A stretch of DNA of 56,260 nucleotides, the filler included, from Stramenopiles sp. TOSAG23-3 (Eukaryota), in the NCBI GenBank assembly GCA_900128585.1. It is 4 parts of 4 records of this genome, joined end to end, with 100 filler letters (N's around TTAATTAATTAA, not from the genome) between each part and the next. Parts side by side here need not be neighbours in the genome. Positions count along the whole stretch, not along the records: positions 52,051 to 54,105 come from LT645121.1; positions 54,206 to 56,260 come from LT645122.1; 2 more parts are not named here. The stretch is one strand, 5' to 3'. Below the pieces are notes generated by a model, which saw only the letters and a program-made list of their open reading frames with translations, had not been told where the DNA came from and did not search any database. Both the position numbers and the translations under genes were made by a program. Position 1 is the stretch's first letter. Each line of letters opens with the position of its first letter. Shown here piece after piece: positions 52,051 through 56,260 of the stretch.

Positions 52051-54104
52051 CCGTTTTCTAAATACGCGGACTGATATAAGTGAAGTCGTCTAGATTTGCG
52101 GACTTTTGTGATCATACTCGCATACTCCCGCTCCTGCTTCTTTTTTCTTTGCTTCGCTTCTAGCAAACTTTCATTAAATATTGGTTGGGGGGTTTGGACC
52201 CTCCATTGTTCCTGAGTTCCCTGTTTTGTTCGTTCTTCAAGGCGTACTATTGGAGACAATTTGATAGGACTCTTTAGGACTACTTCCGGGTCATATGTAA
52301 CCTTTTGTTTCGTCTTTGGGGTTCTTAACCTTTCACGACGCTCCAAGGAGCGTTCCCACTTATTCAGTTCATATTGCAGGGATTCAGTTTCCAGTTTTGC
52401 AACGAGGGATCTTAGAGTCTCCCCTGTCCTGTGGATTGTCTGGACTGCCCCTGCAATTAGGCGCCCTTTTCTTTTCCCCGTAGGGACTGGAGATTGCCTA
52501 CCATTTGTCAAAATCAAGGGCTCATCTTCATCAGAGAACGTCTGGTTTGGATCATCGTCTAGGTCAGAGTGAAGTCCGTCAAACTCAAGGGTGGAGGGAT
52601 GTTGATGAGAAGTTTGCGTCCATTCAAATATGCTTTGAACGTTTTGTGCCATTTCTGCTTCATAGATTTCACGCATTTCTTTCTTGTTACCCACCATATT
52701 GCCACGTTTCCCCCTTTTTTTCTTCCTTCGTCGCCGCACAATCTCTTTTTCAAGCGAAGAGACGTTTTTGTTCAAAGAGTTCAATTTTTCCTTCATTGAT
52801 TGAACACCTTTTTCCTTATCGACCGCTTTTTGTCGCTTTTTGCCCCTCTTCATATTCTTAATTTTCATTTTCTGGTTGAACTCAGCCAACCGTTTGCGTT
52901 TTTCATCGACTCGCATTGATTGCGGAGGCGACACTGTTGTTCTCCGCTTTTTGTACCGTTTTCGTTTCGTTTTGTTTCCAGCAGAGCCTTTTTCTTCATT
53001 TTTCTGGACTGTTGATACGGTAAGACTTTGGGGCGAAGACTCAATGGCACGACCTACTGAAAAATTTAAAGTAGATTCAATTTCTGAAACAATTACTACC
53101 TTTTCTCGTTCTTTGTCGAAGGAGGATAGCCCTGAAGTTCGCACCGATGAAGTGTCCAGTTCAGACCCGAAAATGTCGTCACATGGGAGCAACTTGATCA
53201 TGTGGTGCAAACGTTGAATCAACCGTTCCAATTTTTGTGCACTTACATCAATAACACTGCCGGCGGGAAGCAATGTAGCGCGGACAATAGCTTTTATGAC
53301 TTTTCGCTGGATTATGATTTCAGGATCTTTATTGGAACAAACGTCTTCTGGCAGCAGTTTTTTGCGGGCTGATCGCCGCCCTTCGACCCTGTCCGCTGGC
53401 AGCAAGTGAGACTTTTGAATCCACCTGCGACGTTGCTGGGCAAAGTATAATCTTTGGTACCCCACAGATGACTCCCTTAACCTTTTTCTGGCAAGAAACA
53501 ATGCCCCCGGGCTTAAGGCATTAGGCTGAATCTTGGAAATCCCATTGTTCGTCAACCTAAAACTGATTTTGCGATGGGAGGAAGGTGTCACCATCCAACT
53601 ACGATCTACAGGTAGTAGCTCGAGTCTTGACGGTGTTATGGGTCGATTGAAATACATTTCTTCATTAGTTTGTTCGGAATATTGCCCCATGGAAACGTAG
53701 TTTACAAACAGCTCTTTTGATATGAATCCTGTTTTTGGGAGATCGATCAAACTGAACGTTGATTGGTATCGCTTTGGGTAGAGCAGGCCTATCAGAGGAG
53801 CAACCAACAACGAACATTTCAATATGCTCTTCCGCAAGGACTCGTATCGTTCGTCGTCTTCTAGCGCGCTTTGCATTCGTTGAAGGATGGATTGTTTCGT
53901 AATCCACTTCTGCCCGTTATATGGGTGACACAAACACTCAAATATTTTTTCGCCTTGGGTGACTGCTTCTGAGTAGTTCGGCTTTTCAAGAAACTCTTTG
54001 GCCCAATATTTTTTTATTTTCGCTTTTCTTAGCATCTTTCGCCAATGCAAAGCTCGGAGTGCCATTGACCTTCGCATAGCTCTTTGTATAACAGAAGCAG
54101 CCTC
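52051..54104 (-). CDS. Internal fragment of a large basic protein with IQ-like and EF-hand-like motifs
   Basis: The frame is open across the whole 2-kb contig. EAASVIQRAMRR (IQ-like) at the edge and FSLIDLPKTGFISKELF (EF-hand-like). Confidence 0.7.
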
Positions 54105-54105
54105 G

Positions 54106-54205
54106 NNNNNNNNNNNNNNNNNNNNNNNNNNNNNNNNNNNNNNNNNNNNTTAATTAATTAANNNNNNNNNNNNNNNNNNNNNNNNNNNNNNNNNNNNNNN
54201 NNNNN
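54106..54205. other. Artificial contig-joining linker
   Basis: 44 N + TTAATTAATTAA + 44 N. Confidence 0.95.
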
Positions 54206-54381
54206 AAGAAGAAGAAAGAAGAAAGAAGAAGAAGAAGAAGAAGAAGAAGAAGAAGAAGAAGAAGAAAGAAGAAGAAGAAGAAGAAGGAAGAAGAAGAAGA
54301 AAGAAGAAGAAGAAGAAAGAAGAAAGAAGAAAGAAGAAGAAAGAAGAAGAAAGAAGAAAGAAGAAGAAGAAGAAAGAAGAA
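54206..54381. repeat. Long (GAA/GAAA)n simple repeat at contig start
   Basis: About 175 nt of pure purine repeat. Confidence 0.9.
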
Positions 54382-54748
54382 TTTTAAAAGAACAAGGTAG
54401 TACCAGTACCAATAAAATATACACAAAAAAAAATAGAAGGAAGAAGATGGAAGAAGAAGAAGAAGAAAAAATAAACCGGTGCGTTATAAAAGTCTACTAC
54501 TAAAATATAATAATAAATTGAGTGGCACAATGTATAGTCGTCTAGGGAATAAATATGTTCAATCCAGAAAGAGAGAAATATACAACGATAAGTTGTTTTG
54601 TAGATAGCATCAGAAGTAGGTTTTTCCGACTTTAATTTTTTAGATCAATTTCACGTTGTCATCATTAATAGCAGGTATTAATTTTTAGGTGTTCATTCAC
54701 ACACTCACTCGCTCATTTACTCACTCGTTCGCGCCAGCGTTGGACTCT

Positions 54749-56260
54749 ATGGCTTCTAAAAACAATAGCGTTAGTTTGAATTTTTCAGTGGGTCTTTCCA
54801 CTGGTGTTCTGGTCGGTGCGGGGCTTGGCTACTTCTTGTTCGGGGGCAGCGAGAGCCGCGCGGGGAACGGGGGTGTTCGTTTTGACAAGAATGCGATAAC
54901 AAAGCTGGCCAAGAGCTACCCGAAACCGGTCACCAAGAAACCGTTCTCGTACGGAACCGCGGGGTTTAGAATGAACGAAAGTCTCCTGGACTCGGTGTGC
55001 GTGCGAATGGGAATGCTTGCAGTGCTGAGGGCTTTGAAAACCGGGGTTCCGGTGGGAATCATGGTCACGGCTTCCCACAATGGGGCCCAAGACAACGGTT
55101 TGAAGTTGACAGACCACGACGGTGGGATGCTGACCGCGTCGTGGGAGTCGTACGCTACGAAACTAGCCAACGCGGCCGAAGGGGACGTTTTCGCGGTTAT
55201 CGTTAGCATTCTGAGGGACGAAAACATGCAGTTCTGCAGCAGCAGCCTGCAGGCTTGCGGGAGCCCCATGATCTTCCTGGGGCGCGACACCCGGACGCAT
55301 AGCCCACGCCTGGCGGAGTGTTGCCGGATCGGCGGGAGGGTGCTTGGGGCAACCGTCAATGACGTGGGCATCGTCACCACCCCCCAGCTGCACCATGTCG
55401 TGTACACGCACAACCGGGGCCTGACGGGGTGCCACTCGAAATGGGCGGGCGTCGGCGGGTACTACAAAAAGGTGGAATTCTACTTTCGCTCGTTGATCCG
55501 CTCCGTGGACCAGTCCCGCCTTCGCGCATTGCGCGGCCCGCTCGTTGTAGACTGCGCCAACGGCGTGGGTGCTCAGCAGATCGTGCCGCTGACAAAGAGC
55601 CTGAACGACATCCTTGAAATCCAACTTCGAAACGGTGGCGATGGGGAATTGAACCGAGACTGCGGGGCGGAACACGTGCAAAAGAAGCGCTTGCCGCCCC
55701 AAAACTTCAGCCCCGAGCATGACCGAGGCGTTCGAGTGGCAAGCTTCGATGGCGACGCTGACCGCGTGGTGTTCTGGTACTTTCGGAAGGAAGATGGAGA
55801 GTTCCGGCTCTTGGATGGGGACAAAATCGCAGTGCTTACGGCAAGGTGGCTCAACAAGCGGCTGGTCGCCGCGGGCTACAAAGAAGGCGAGATCAAGCTG
55901 GGCATCGTGCAGACTGCCTACGCCAACGGGTCGTCCACGGCAGTCATCAAAGGGGACGGTATTCCCGCGCCGTACGCCAAGACAGGTGTCAAGTATTTGC
56001 ACCACAAGGCCCTTGAGTTTGACATCGGCGTGTATTACGAAGCGAATGGGCACGGGACTGTTCTTTTCAGCGATCGAGTAATGGACCTGTTCGAGGGAAG
56101 AATGAACGACTCAACGCTGAGCGCCGCATCCCAGGAAGCAAACAAAGACTTGTTCTACGCATCCCAGCTGCACAACCAGGCCGTTGGCGACGCAATTTGC
56201 GATTCTCTCTTCGTAGAGGCATTGCTCATCTTAGACAACCAAGACGTTGTTTCCTGGGAC
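54749..56260 (+). CDS. PGM3: Phosphoacetylglucosamine mutase, 3'-partial (absent from ORF track)
   Basis: Manual translation from ATG 54749 gives FSYGTAGFR, GIMVTASHN, GRDTR, VTTPQLH, VDCANGVG, CGAEHVQK, SFDGDADR, LLDGDKIA, VQTAYANG, TGVKYLHHKA, GVYYEANGHGT and NQAVGDA. Confidence 0.95.
   Translation, partial: MASKNNSVSLNFSVGLSTGVLVGAGLGYFLFGGSESRAGNGGVRFDKNAITKLAKSYPKPVTKKPFSYGTAGFRMNESLLDSVCVRMGMLAVLRALKTGVPVGIMVTASHNGAQDNGLKLTDHDGGMLTASWESYATKLANAAEGDVFAVIVSILRDENMQFCSSSLQACGSPMIFLGRDTRTHSPRLAECCRIGGRVLGATVNDVGIVTTPQLHHVVYTHNRGLTGCHSKWAGVGGYYKKVEFYFRSLIRSVDQSRLRALRGPLVVDCANGVGAQQIVPLTKSLNDILEIQLRNGGDGELNRDCGAEHVQKKRLPPQNFSPEHDRGVRVASFDGDADRVVFWYFRKEDGEFRLLDGDKIAVLTARWLNKRLVAAGYKEGEIKLGIVQTAYANGSSTAVIKGDGIPAPYAKTGVKYLHHKALEFDIGVYYEANGHGTVLFSDRVMDLFEGRMNDSTLSAASQEANKDLFYASQLHNQAVGDAICDSLFVEALLILDNQDVVSWD

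Noticed and set aside
51018-54104. Joining the two minus-strand partial ORFs into one gene
   Set aside because: They are separated by an artificial linker, so there is no evidence of true adjacency.
54785-56081. Several minus-strand and off-frame ORFs including the 296-aa 55163-56053
   Set aside because: They are shadows of the GC-rich plus-strand PGM3 frame.

Overview
Eukaryotic, standard-code, intron-poor DNA. Genes are compact and separated by very AT-rich spacers. The gene content (two-pore channel, cyclin Y, PGP/SHIPPO repeats, TTL-like ligase) fits a flagellated protist, possibly a heterotrophic stramenopile, but this is inference only. The window is not one continuous piece: three artificial 100-nt linkers (44 N + TTAATTAATTAA + 44 N at 25934-26033, 51951-52050 and 54106-54205) join four contigs, and there are two further scaffold gaps. 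About 26 coding regions or fragments can be supported. They include thymidine kinase, a mitochondrial carrier, UDP-glucose dehydrogenase, a secreted GH43, cyclin Y, a nucleotide-sugar transporter with an N-terminal zinc module, NRS/ER rhamnose epimerase-reductase, a parvulin, a two-pore channel with one 77-nt intron, an OB-fold protein resembling shieldin SHLD2, and a 3'-partial PGM3 missing from the ORF track. The most striking non-coding signal is a dispersed ~41-nt TA-initiated motif, TAAAAACAAGAAAATTGGCTGTTATTTAAGTAATTAAAATT, found almost only downstream of genes. It forms the inverted ends of a 315-bp MITE-like element and also brackets a 1.2-1.75 kb block carrying two unrelated gene fragments. 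A second ~0.55-kb dispersed repeat also sits in convergent spacers. Upstream spacers instead carry a TAGACGACTA motif and GTAC/CCGG clusters.
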